From Macrostomum lignano (lineage: Eukaryota), in the NCBI GenBank assembly GCA_002269645.1, contig NIVC01000493.1, positions 506,297 to 570,296 on the forward strand: a stretch of 64,000 nt of DNA. Direction: 5' to 3'. This document shows positions 40,231 to 53,200 of the stretch, piece after piece. Position 1 is the first letter of the stretch. Every line of letters starts with the position of its first letter. A program made the translations under genes and the position numbers. Below the pieces are notes generated by a model, which saw only the letters and a list, made by a program, of their open reading frames with translations, searched no databases and was not told the DNA's origin.

Positions 40231-43200
40231 CCTCGTTAACAATAGTCACTATATCAGTAAGTATCTTTGTCATTGAAAACTTGTGTACAATTTGTAATTT
40301 TGTAACTATAACCTTATCTAGTCTCTAGATTCTATGAATACATAATTCCATATGTCATATGAAATTGTTCTTGTATTATAAAACTGTTACAATACAACTT
40401 TCTAAAAATGGGATATATTTTTAATATTAAATATATTTTATCCCTAAATATTTTAAGCATTTTTTAGATTATTATTTAATATAATTGGTTAGAACTTTTT
40501 AATATCATAATAATTTACTACACCTGCCCTAATGGGCAGATGTGCAACTAACAACTTAACTGCAGCTATTGTATAATGCATATAAAGGCTATATATAGCT
40601 ATTTAGTCCAAAGAATATGAGGTCACTATGCTAGAGACTTCCTTCAGTGAGATTTTGAAAGTTAAAAATAATGTAAAAAAATTTCCTAAAACTTTAAAAT
40701 TTATTTGCTACCTGTTGAATAAGTTTTATAAAATCCAAAATATGTATAAGAAACTAGAGAAATATATCTTTCAAATGAAATAACTCCTAAACAAACAAAG
40801 TTTAATGATAGAAATGCCAAGTTAGATAGTTAAAAGTCCAAAAAGTGTTTTTGTAGAAAAAAATTATTGTTCCTATTTGGCCCATGTAAAAATTTAAAAG
40901 TTGAATAACTTTTATTGCATTTTGTGCAATTCTAAATGCTGTTTTTTAATGTGCCTTTATGTTATGAACACAAAGAAAACTGTTTGTTTGTATCTCTTCT
41001 CACTCAAAAGGTATCAAGCTTTCTTTAGTCTCATTTTTTGCCTATCTCCGCAATGTATTTTTTATCCAAAAACTGAAAATTTGGTTTTTTATAGATGACT
41101 TCATTTTGTGGACTTTTTATGTATTGTTTTTAAGAAAGGGGTATAAACGCATTTTTTAGCAACACCCGCTTTCATTTTGCATGTCTCACTTCTTTGTATT
41201 AACAATTTTTTTATTTTTGGTGAACATGAGCATTTGCATAACTCACAAACTACTTATGCAGAAAAAATATATAGCTTTGTTCTATATGCCATTTCTTTAC
41301 AGTATTCGATTCACTGATACATAGATAACAATTTGACAAAGTTTGTAGTCCCCTATTTTGTGTTTGAAGCATGCAATCACGAGTTCTTTTTTAAATATGT
41401 ACACATACACTACTTACATGCTACTTATGTAAAAAGTGGGTTATTATGGCTTTTCTTAATTAAAAAGAAGGACTTTTACCATAGGAAATGTTTTTGAATT
41501 TAATTAATTGAAAATAATGCTTGTTCTAACTTATTGAGCTATAGCAATTGCAACCCCAACAAGTGACCCTTGGACTGCACTCAACTTGGCTTGGTCTGCA
41601 GTGCAAACTCTTAAAATTAACTGAACTTTATAAGAGATGGTCTTTATTTAATTTGTATGCTTAATAAGCAATTTCAAAATACAATTTTAGTTACAATATA
41701 TTTTATATAATAGTTGACAGTTGAAAAACATGCAATTTTGAGATACACCATCAAATTCTTATAGAAAAAAACACAAAATTGGTGAGTTTTTTTAAACCAA
41801 GCAATTCTAAATTAAAAAACTGTGATTAGGTACATTCTACTAGGTGTTTGAAAGGAAATGTAAAAAATTATCAAGATATATTGAAAACTTTACAAATAGT
41901 AGCCATTTACAACAACAAAAATTGACCTTAGCAGCATACAAAAAGTGTATATTTTTTATTTTCAAAGCCTGCTTACACAATAGTTGTCATTGATTGTGTC
42001 TAACAATTATATTACTATTGTATAGAACTTCTTTATCTTTAAAATGACATCTAGATGAACACTGTAAGTTAAATATTAAAAGAAATATGACCAAAAAGAC
42101 AAAAAACAAAAAAATTCAGATATGGCACTCAAAAGGCACCAACCCATAATGTATTTTTCCTATCTAAAAATGCCATTTTTTTCACACAAAAAATGTTACA
42201 ACTTTTTTATTATTTTATCAAATTGGACAAATGAGGCCATTTTAGAATTCTAACACTCCTTTATCAAATGTATATATCAAAAATACAAAAAAATAAACTT
42301 TCAAAATCTCATTGAAGTCTCTAACTATGCCTATTGTAGGCAAGGTCTAAATTGTACCAAACATCCCTTTCTTGCACTAAACTGCACCAGTGCACCAGAC
42401 TATGTCTACACTACTGAAGGCCAATCTATGCTAGACACTATCCATGATAAATGGCAATTGGCTACAATAAAGTCATTATATATACCCTCAATCATCATGG
42501 CTAATTCAAATACCCATTTTATAGCTGGTTGAACTGAAGCAAAGCAGAGTTAATAAAATGAAAGATTTATATTTAATATAATTTAATAATTTTGTTGACT
42601 AAATCTAAATATATTAGTGGCCTAGACTTGATTCAAAGTGTAGCCATATTAATTTGGGAATAAATTAGCACTTCTATTTGGGCCATGCCTATAGTATAGT
42701 CAGAAACCATCATGACAGCGTATTTTGTTGTTGTTGTTGTTGTTATAGTCAGAAAGGTGGCATAGCATATACTATAATAAGTTATTAAAATATTTTATAT
42801 ATAGTATATATAAGCCACATTTTCAGTCAATGGGAATGCTATGTTTTATATATCAGTATACTTTTAGAGGCTGCAAATATATGGGCAATTATGTTATGTC
42901 TTTTGCTAGCTTTATAACAAAATTGGTTAAAGTGCACTTTGAGATTCAGAATTTAGGATGCTAAACAAGTGAATTAATGATTATGATTATTTAGGATTAT
43001 ATTGAGTGTTTCAAAGTGCATTAAAAATCTAAGTCTTTAATGCCATCACTTGTCTATTTCCATTTCAGTGTGCTAACAAACTGTGCTGGATCAAGTCTTA
43101 TATACTTTGCCTATAAATTAATTTGCAATATACAAGCATATTAACATATTGGTAACTGTTAATGAAAAACATTTTTCAGCAGGTGCCATATTTTTCCTCA

Positions 43201-44159
43201 AAGTATTAATTAGAAATTGTCTATATTGCTGAAAGTAGTTTGTGTTGCATAGATATGTATATTTTACAGTTTTTGTGCATGAGTAATAATTGATAGATGT
43301 GTCTTTAACTGTCCATCAACCCATTTTTGCTTGCACATATAAATGGTTGAGTGAGTTGTACATGTAGGCAGTCTAAGTGACATGCAAATTTAAATTTAAA
43401 GTAATTCAGTCAAATACTTCTAGAATTAGTTTCTTACCTTGTAGTTGTAACTAGCGTGATTTTACTTGCCAAGTGAAACCATTATTTTTATGTCTCCATG
43501 TTCATTTATTTCTACTCTTTAAGTAGTCTGTTGCGTTCTAATGTCTTTTATTGGAGTATTTCACAGGCAAAAAAAAATAAATTTGATTTGTAAGTGAGTT
43601 TGCCTGACTGGAACACAAAAAAGTTTTTGCCTTCAGTATTTTTGTTATTTCTTTTCGGTGTAATTTTTTAATACGCACTGCGCTGCATGCACGGAGATAA
43701 ATTAAGCTAATGGGGCTCCCGTAGTTTTGGCTGGTTGGTTGCCTTCGACCCGGGCCCAGCAAAGCAAAGTCTGTATTAGCCAAAATCAATAAGCCGACTT
43801 ATATATAGAAATGAGTTGAAGTGTGAGAAGAAATCGATGTTCCGAAGGCTTGACTGCCAGGTGAGGGAGAACAAATTTACGCGTGCAATTAGACTGCTTG
43901 CAGGAGAGATGAGGGGTGAATAGGGACCCAAGTACATCCTAACCTTGCCTGTGCATGCCTATAGAGTTGTTTATAAAGTTAATTGGGTGTAACTTTGCTC
44001 GTGCAGTCATGCAGACTCACGATCCGATTATTGATCTTCATCATAGCTACCTAAGGTTGCGCCTTAGAAATTACTTTTAGGCTTAAGTCATCATTATCTG
44101 TTTGCCATTCAGGGGTACATGGGAATGTACTTTAGAACTGAATCTTCTGGTGGAAGCTG

Positions 44160-44770
44160 CTGAAAGTTAAGTGACTGAGTGGAAGCTGTTGGAAGTTAAG
44201 TGACTGAGTGGAAGCTGTTGGAAGTTAAGTGACTGAGTGGAAGCTGCTGGAAGTTAAGTGACTGAGTGGAAGCTGCTGGAAGTTAAGTGACTGAGTTAAA
44301 GCTGAAGTCAGCTAGGTGACTGAGGGGAAGCTACGAGTGCAGGAAGTTAGGTGACTGAGTGGAAGCTACCATTAAAGGAAGTTAGGTGACTGAGTGGAAG
44401 CTACCATTAAAGGAAGTTAGGTGACTGAGTGGAAGCTACCATTAAAGGAAGTTAGGTGACTGAGTGGAAGCTACCATTAAAGGAAGTTAGGTGACTGAGT
44501 GGAAGCTACCATTAAAGGAAGTTAGGTGACTGAGTGGAAGCTACCATTAAAGGAAGTTAGGTGACTGAGTGGAAGCTACCATTAAAGGAAGTTAGGTGAC
44601 TGAGTGGAAGCTACCATTAAAGGAAGTTAGCTGACTGAATGGAAGCTGTTGGAAGTTAAGTGACTGAGTGGAAGCTGCTGGAAGTTAAGTGACTGAGTGG
44701 AAGCTGCTGGAAGTTAAGTGACTGAGTGGAAGCTGCTGGAAGTTAAGTGACTGAGTGGAAGCTGCTGGAA
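44160..44770. repeat. Nested minisatellite: 29-bp units flanking a block of 35-bp units
   Basis: Shared core GTGACTGAGTGGAAGCT. Confidence 0.92.
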
Positions 44771-45157
44771 CTGTAACTGAAATCCATTCGCACACTCGCT
44801 CGAATCGAAGTCTTTGCATCGTGCATGTAAAAGAAGAAGTTCCCGCCCAGTCGACCAGCACTCGTTGATCAGGAAGTGCAAGCTATATTTACACCATATC
44901 CAATTGGCATCGGATTATATCCAGCCATGATAATCAATTCTAGCAATGGTGATGATCCGCGTGCAATCAGCAGCAGGGCCGCAGTTAGTCTCAACTTTGC
45001 CCGAAAATTGGCGGCTGAGAAAACGCCGGCGCGCTTCTGTTTGCGCCTCTCCTTTTTCTTGGGGCGGGGGGAGAATCCCCTATGGCGGCTTGGCTCTCCT
45101 CTCCTCAGCTGGCATTGGTCGGTCATGTCAATCGCCATGGCTAATCCACGCGTCGCT

Positions 45158-45164
45158 TATAAAT
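45158..45164 (+). promoter_or_regulatory. Candidate TATA box of the globin gene
   Basis: TATAAAT about 60 nt upstream of the ATG at 45220. Confidence 0.45.
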
Positions 45165-45219
45165 GCACGCTTTGCAGCTTAGTCTGTCTGGATAGCTTAT
45201 AATTTCAGAATCAATAACT

Positions 45220-48000
45220 ATGCAGTTGAGCAGCCGCGAGAGGCACATTATCACCGAGGACTGGCGGCTTGTGAATGCCAGGCGGGATCAAGTGGCGGTG
45301 ATTTTGTTTCTCAGGTAAAATTGATTGATTGCTCAATTGAGAATATTTTTCCTCAACTGCAAAAATTATACTGAAAGTGCTATCATTCGATACGCTCGTA
45401 TCAAAGTACAATTAACAACTTTCTTGGTAGAAGGACGTGTCCTTACTGTACCCTTAGTGCACACTTGGTGCACTGCAATTGCTGCACACTTGCTGCACAC
45501 TTATTACATACTTATTACACACTAATTGGTACACACTTAGTGCACACTTGCTGCACACATGATGTACTTGACTTAGCTGCAGTGTGCAGTGGTCCGTTGA
45601 CACAGCGGGGAGGCGAGGGTTGCCCATTCCGCTAGCCCCTGAAGGCCCGCAGACAGGCAGAGGCGTGGGTCCGCCGGTCCGTCCTGCAGCGTGATCTTCC
45701 GTTGGGAAGAAACTGGCTCGTCTAGTCGCGCGAAGGAACTGGATGAGCTTTGAGATGCTGTCGGGCTGGCAGACCTCGTCAATGGACGGGTTTGGCCCGA
45801 GGTGGCGTAGCGCCGGTCTCTGGTAAAGAAACGGCAGTGACACACATGATGTGCAGTACATAAACTGCATGATGGCGAACAATATCGCTGGGGTGGTGGC
45901 TGCGCATTCTAAGAAACCCCATTCTTAAAGCTGATGGAGAAGGGATTATTTGCCCCTCAGAAATCCTGTGAGAGAGGAGAGAGTTTCGTACTGTGCCATT
46001 TATTATTTGTTTATAACTGACAGCTGCTCCTCATCTATCAGGATATAGCTAGGCAAGCCGTGTGTGTTTGCATTGCAGGGATTTCACCTCTCAGGCGCTC
46101 GAGCCCCCCCCCCCCCATCTGTCCCCATCATCTGACAGTAAAAAGCGCACGCACTGTTGAGCACAACACGATTTTCCTCCTCCCTCCCAACAAAACTACA
46201 AGGCTAGGCCTGTTCTATATATACTCGGTATAAGGATGCGTACGAATCAAGCTCATGTACCCCTGATGACTCAAGAAGATAGCTAGACATCACAGCAATT
46301 CTAGCAAAATTCATCACAGACATGACGCTCGTAGAAGGCAACTGCCCTACCGGAAGAATATCAGCTCAAATACTCTTGTTTGCCTTCGAGACTTTATTGC
46401 AACTCCCGTTACGTTGGAATTCACACCGTCTGAGGTGACTTTTTATTGTAATATCGCCAGGTAATCCAAGTGCCTGCCGCTGCTACTCAATTAGCGCCAT
46501 CTGATGGAGGAATTTCCCCCTTGCATGCCAACACGACTACACAGCCAACCTGCAGCTGGCTGTAGCGTTGTACTTTTCTTGCATTCCGGCGGCGAGTCCC
46601 AAACTCTTCCCAATTCTATTTCCTTAAGGCTTCACTCCAGGAAATGAAAAGGCCTAAAATCCCAACGGGAGCCATGCAGCAGCAGCAATTACACGGGAAA
46701 GGTAGATCTCATTTTATACTGGTCCATGCGCACAGGCTCGCCTAGCCCATTCCTTCCTGCGGCCGCCGACGCACGCCAAACCCGTTGCCGACTGTGGGGC
46801 CGGGCTGGATTATTTGCAGTGCCCTTGCTGTCGCGCTCTCTTTGAAAAATATAGAAAGAAAGAAAGAAAGAAAAAATGGGATGGAGATGTGTCCGTCAGC
46901 ATCTCCCCCTTGTCGGGGCATTTCCGCCTCTTCCCCAGCTTCCCTGAAGTCTGCCGCTGTTTCTCCCTTGATTGAAGGGCTCTTATTGAGGGCCGCTTGG
47001 CCGTCTAATTCCTGCTATTGAGCAGAGCTGCTGATCATCTCTCTGCTCTCTTCTGTGTCCCATTTCTCTCTCACTTGGCGCTAACAGAATTCCTATCGCA
47101 ATCAATTTTGCAGTCTAAAGATAAGTTGCTATAGGGCTTGCGATTGACTGCGCGCGTGCCCCAATGGAACTTTTCGGCGTCTTAGTCTCTCATGTCTGAG
47201 TATATCCGTATACTTTCTACGAGCGTATTTGGCTGAAAAAGAAAGTCTTGTTGATATTTTACTTGGGGAACACAATAAATTATCCTTTAAACTTGTCTAA
47301 TATAATGTAGTCCTTTACAGAAGTATTGTAGTCTTGCTTTCACGAATTACGAGTAAGAAGTAACAATCTGTTTCAAATGACATTCATTTTCACATAAATC
47401 AGGTGTCTCAATTGCGCATCAGAAAAAAATTCTTATAATGTGCACACTATCGATTAGCCCCAGTCTGCCCCAATGTACACACTATCGATTAGCCCCAGTC
47501 TGCCCCAATGTACACACTATCGATTAGCCCCAGTCTGCCCCAATGTACACACTATCGATTAGCCCCAGCCGGACCCAATGTACATACTATCGATTAACCC
47601 CAGCCTGACCCAATGTACATACTATCGATTAGCCCCAGCCGGACCCAATGTACATACTATCGATTAACCCCAGCCTGACCCAATGTACATACTATCGATT
47701 AGCCCCAGTCTGCCTATCCGCCACGCAGAATGTTCGACGAAGACCCCAGCACGCAGGCGCTGTTCTCCAGATTTCGCGGTCAGAGCCAAGCGGAGCTGGT
47801 CCGATCAACGCCGCTGCGCACCCACGGACTCCGCGTTCTGGGGATCATCGGCACCGCGGTTGGAGAGCTGGCGGCCGGGGTGGACTACCCGGACTCGACC
47901 GCGCTGCGCATGATCGGGCACTCGCACCGAACCATGGGCGTCACCGAGCACCACTTCGCTGTGAGACTTCTTTTTACCATCCATCCAGATTGGGTTTTTT

Positions 48001-48055
<55 letters not shown>

Positions 48056-48686
48056 GTCCGACTCTCGCGCTACATCAGAGCGCCAGACCTCTAGGCTACA
48101 CCCCCTTAGGCCTTGATGGCTGAAAGTTATCTATCTAAATACAAGCTCAACAACAATATGAAAAATGATTTTGGTAAACATGGTCTAGATTCAATTACTT
48201 AGACAGGTCTAGGAACAACAATATGAAAATAAAACTTTCACTGCACAACTATATAAAATGCAACAAAGTAAAATGTTGAGCATGATCAATTAAAGTAGTG
48301 GCGATCTTCACTGCAACTGGTCTCCGAAAAATTACAAGATATTTGAGTTTTACATTTTGTTATACTACAGTGGTCCTTGGTGCACCGCCTGTTGGTCAAA
48401 ATGACTGCATGGGCCGCAGTGTTTCAACTGAAGTTTTAGTTCTAAAGCACACAGCAACTATTTGCGTGTCGCGGCATGTATAATTTATGCTAATTAAGTT
48501 GCAGACGAACTAATTATAATGAATCCTCCGCAGTCGATGCGCCGAGCCCTGCTGGAGACCCTGGATCACGTGCTGCAGTCCAGCCCGGAGGGTCACGCGG
48601 CCTGGGCCAAATTTATCGACTGCCTCCTGCACTTCGCCGCCGACTCCAACGGGCGCGCTGGGGACGGCGTCAAACGGGGCTTTTGA
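45220..48686 (+). CDS. Single-domain globin, 159 aa, 3 exons
   Basis: Exons 45220-45314, 47729-47960, 48534-48686, with introns at the canonical B12.2 and G7.0 positions. A-helix Trp (TEDW), CD1 Phe (ALF), distal His (RTHGLRV), proximal His (GHSHRTMGV), H-helix AAWAKF. Confidence 0.9.
45566..45840 (-). mobile_element. 5'-truncated LINE 3' end inserted in globin intron 1
   Basis: 12-bp TSD CACACATGATGT (45554-45565 and 45841-45852). Translation LRHLGPNPSIDEV..ISKLIQFLRATRR resembles the ORF2 end at 38540-38640. Confidence 0.75.
47440..47712. repeat. 35-bp minisatellite, 8 copies, abutting the globin exon 2 acceptor
   Basis: Unit TACACACTATCGATTAGCCCCAGTCTGCCCCAATG. Confidence 0.93.
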
Positions 48687-48724
48687 ACTCTGCGTCTGTG
48701 CTGGACAGGGACTTTCAATTCCAA

Positions 48725-49770
48725 CTGTTGATTCCCTCCCACCTCTGCCTCCCACCTCTCCCTCCCACCTCTGCCTCCCACCTCTGCCTCCCACCTCTGC
48801 CTCCCACCTCTCCCTCCCACCTCTCCCTCCCACCTCTCCCTCCCACCTCTGCCTCCCACCTCTGCCTCCCACCTCTCCCTCCCACCTCTGCCTCCCACCT
48901 CTGCCTCCCACCTCTGCCTCCCACCTCTCCCTCCCACCTCTCCCTCCCACCTCTGCCTCCCACCTCTGCCTCCCACCTCTGCCTCCCACCTCTGCCTCCC
49001 ACCTCTCCCTCCCACCTCTCCCTCCCACCTCTCCCTCCCACCTCTGCCTCCCACCTCTCCCTCCCACCTCTCCCTCCCACCTCTGCCTCCCACCTCTCCC
49101 TCCCACCTCTGCCTCCCACCTCTCCCTCCCACCTCTGCCTCCCACCTCTCCCTCCCACCTCTCCCTCCCACCTCTGCCTCCCACCTCTGCCTCCCACCTC
49201 TGCCTCCCACCTCTGCCTCCCACCTCTCCCTCCCACCTCTCCCTCCCACCTCTGCCTCCCACCTCTCCCTCCCACCTCTCCCTCCCACCTCTGCCTCCCA
49301 CCTCTCCCTCCCACCTCTGCCTCCCACCTCTCCCTCCCACCTCTGCCTCCCACCTCTCCCTCCCACCTCTCCCTCCCACCTCTGCCTCCCACCTCTGCCT
49401 CCCACCTCTCCCTCCCACCTCTGCCTCCCACCTCTCCCTCCCACCTCTCCCTCCCACCTCTCCCTCCCACCCACCTCTCCCTCCCACTTCTCATCCTCCC
49501 AACTCTCTTCCTCCCACCTCTCCCTTCCACTTTTCCCTCCCACCTCCATCCCATCCCACCTCTCTCCCTCCCAACTCTCTCCCTCTCCCTCCCATCTCTC
49601 CCTCCCACCTCTCCCTCCCACTTCTCATCCTCCCAACTCTTTCCCTCTCACCTCTCTCCCTTCCATCTCTCCCTCTCACCTCTCTGCCTCCAATCTCTTT
49701 CCATTCCATCTCTCTCATCATCTCTTTCCCCTTCGCTCTCCCCTCTCTCTCTCCCTCTCTCCATATTTTC
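48725..49770. repeat. 13-bp pyrimidine-rich minisatellite CCCACCTCT(G/C)CCT in or just after the globin 3'UTR, decaying into CT-rich sequence
   Basis: Tandem periodicity starting about 40 nt after the globin stop codon. Confidence 0.93.
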
Positions 49771-50297
49771 CTCTCATTACCTACCTGCTCTCATTTGCAT
49801 TACGAGTATGGTACAGATGGCACTCCCATCATTTTGCACCCAGAATCATCGCTTTCTCAATATAATACGCCACCACACACTTTAATCTCAATATATTAAT
49901 TCAATGCGCTGAACACTTGTAGAAATACACAATATAATTTTTCACTTTTCATTTATTCTTCAAACCCACAAATACATTTTACTGTTAGTAGTAAATTCGA
50001 ATAGAGGATTTTGACCACAAAATTGCTGGGACAAAATCCAGGCCAGGATGAACATAAAAAACGGAGCTGAAGAAAAACGAATTACCAATAATTTAGCGCT
50101 CGTAAAAGCATTAACGATGTCAACCGATCAGATATTTTATTGTCTTGTAACTACATGTCAGATTTCCGGTACTAAAACAGAGCATAATTAAAGAAAATAT
50201 TGTAAAACTTAATTGCTTTCACAATGGGATATAAGTAGACACTAGCACAAGGGTGCAAGATTGCCTTGGTTGGAATTCTTAATTGAAAAAACACACC

Positions 50298-53200
50298 ATG
50301 AGTTCCGCTAGTGAGCCACCGCGCAAGGTGAACAAGAAGCGGTCGGGTTGTTCAACAACTGGCGAAATCTGCCGCAGCGCTGGAGGTGTCGAGGTGGCCG
50401 GCTACGGTCTGATTTTTTTCTCTGCTTTTGCCTTCGCTGGCGCCGATATGTACCGAGAGTTTGGCCGGACTGCGAAACCAAACGGTGAGCCTCACAGATG
50501 CGTCAGAAAGAGGTTTTGGCCATAGACTAATAACAATAATGACTGCAGGAGGCGACGCCCGTCCCACAATCTGCCCATTCCGCTGACTCCTGAGCACAAT
50601 ACTGTACTCGGGCACGCACTCATGCACACGCTCACACAGGGTGTACAGCAGCCCTGACTTTCTAACCACCAGGCATGTACACTCTCCGTGCCTTGGGGGG
50701 TTGGCCCTCATAGGTTGTAAATCGCACGACAACCCCCCCCCCCCGGCATGTTTTGTGCAGCCAGGCACTGCTCTCGGCCATAGACAATAGAGCCAATCCA
50801 CAGGACAAGTCCTTGTATCGGGAAATAGTAAAACGTTATTAAACTACAAAATTTTCAGCACCTCCATTGCGGCACATGACTGACGGGTGGCTTTCCGACT
50901 ACATGGTAAAGTACATTCATGACATGCCCATTCCGAACTGTCATAAATTCATTGTATTGATCATAAGTACAAACTGACACATTCTCAGGAGATTCCGGCC
51001 GATTTCATGGAGATCGAAATGCTCAGCCAGTATAAGAGCATTGCTGCCATTTCTGTCGGCTTTCTGATGGTCAGCCTGATCACACTGCGGTGCTCGAGCC
51101 GAACTGTACGCTCTGGCCTGTCTTGCTTAAAGTTTCATGTCGCTCAACCCCTGGAGAGAGAGTGATCAGTCAGAGGAGGAGTGACAGTGGCAGAGTGATC
51201 AGTCAGAAGAGGAGTGACTGTGGCAGAGTGATCAGTCACGAGAGAGTGACAGTGACAGAGTGATCAGTCACGATAGGAGTGACAGTGACAGAGTCATCAG
51301 CCAGGATAGGAGTGACAGTGGCAGAGTGATCAGTCAGGATAGGAGTGACAGTGATTAGTCAGGATAGGAGTGACAGAGACGGAGTGATCGGTCAGGAAGG
51401 AGTGACAGTGACAGAGTGAACAGTCAGAGCGGAGTGACAGTGACAAAGTGATCAGTCAGGAGGAGGAGTGACAGTGACAAAGTGATCAGTCAGGAGGAGG
51501 AGTGACAGTGACAGAGTGATCAGTCAGGAGGAGGAGTGACAGTGACAGAGTGATCAGTCAGAGGAGGAGTGACTGTGACAGAGTGATCAGTCAGAGGAGG
51601 AGTGACTGTGGCAGAGTGATCAGTCAGAAGAGGAGTGACAGTGACAGAGTGATTAGTCAGGATAGGAGTGACAGTGGCAGAGTGATCAGTCAGAGAGAAG
51701 TGACAGTGACAGAGTGATCAGTCAGGAGAAGAGTGACAGTGGCAGAGTGATCAGTCACGAGAAAATTGACAGTGACAGAGTGATCAGTCAGGAGAAGAGT
51801 GACAGTGACAGTGATCAGTCACGAGATGAGTGACAGTGACAGAGTGATCAGTCAGGAAGGAGTGACAGAGACGGAGTGATCAGTCAGGAAGGAGTGACAG
51901 TGGCAGAGTGATCAGTCAGAATAGGAGTGACAGACAGTGACAGAGTGATCAGTCAGGAGAAGAGTGACAGTGACAGAGTGATCAGTCAGGAGAAGAGTGA
52001 CAGTGACAGACTAATCAGTCACGAGAGGAGTGACAGTGACAGAGTGATCAGTCAGAGGAGGAGTGACTGTGGCAGAGTGATCAGTCAGGAGGAGGAGTGG
52101 CAGTGACAGAGTTTCTGACGAGAGAGTGACAGTGACAGAGTCATCAGCCAGGATAGGAGTGACAGAGACGGAGTGATCAGTCAGGAGAGCAGTGACAGAG
52201 ACAGAGTGATCAGTCAGGAGAGCAGTGACAGAGACAGAGTGATCAGTCAGGAGAGCAGTGACAGAGACAGAGTGATCAGTCAGGAGAGGAGTGACAGAGA
52301 CAGAGTGATCAGTCAGGAGAGGAGTGACAGTGACAGAGTGATCAGTCAGGAGAGCAGTGACAGAGACAGAGTGATCAGTCAGGAGAGCAGTGACAGAGAC
52401 AGAGTGATCAGTTAGGATAGGAGTGACAGTGACAGAGTGCTCAACCGAAATGCCATATCCTGCAAGAGCAGCTGAGAACCTGTCAAGTTCCCCATTCCTC
52501 ATCAGGTGCACTACCTGGCTACTACAAGCTTCACCTTGGCTGTGACAGCGGCTATCCTTGGTTACAGAGCAGCGATGTACTTTCTGGTGTTGCACTGCGG
52601 TGCTGTCTGCATGGGATATTTCTCCCAGTTCGGTGTCTGGCTGTTCATTCTGTCGGCAATGATGCTGCAAAACTCGGATTACAGCAGCGCGCTCTTTCAA
52701 GTCCTGGATCTCGAAGGTGATTACTCTCACCTGTTCTACCCAATCTCTGGCTACCTGTACTGCCGCTGCATCTCCGCTGGACTCAGCCTCAACCAAATGC
52801 TGCGGGACCAGAGACGCCAACCTGCAGATGAGGCACAGCAGCTGAGCCTGCTCCAGTTCCTTAGACTGCACCTTCCCCGAGCTTTGGCTTACGGATTTTA
52901 CCTGCCCTGGCACTTTTCCGGCCCGATCCTCACCTTTGCTGACTTCTGTCGGGAGGCTGAGAGACCCGACAGGCTGGTGTGGAAGACGAAGCTGCTGCTA
53001 CAGCTGGCGTGGCGAGCGACTCGCCTGTTGGTGTGGATGCTGCTGCTTCAGGTGCTGCATCATTTCCTACCTGTTGGAGCATTTCTGGAGAGCATTCGGT
53101 CTTACGAGTCCGTGCCCTACAAGCGGCTCGTGTTTTCAATGTACCTGCATGGCCAGAACTTCATGCTGGTCTACGTGCAGCTGTACGGCTGGCCGGGTCT

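Noticed and set aside
46255-46300. CTGATGA as a hammerhead ribozyme core (also at about 2113 and 38214)
   Set aside because: No stem II followed by GAAA and no closing stems are visible.
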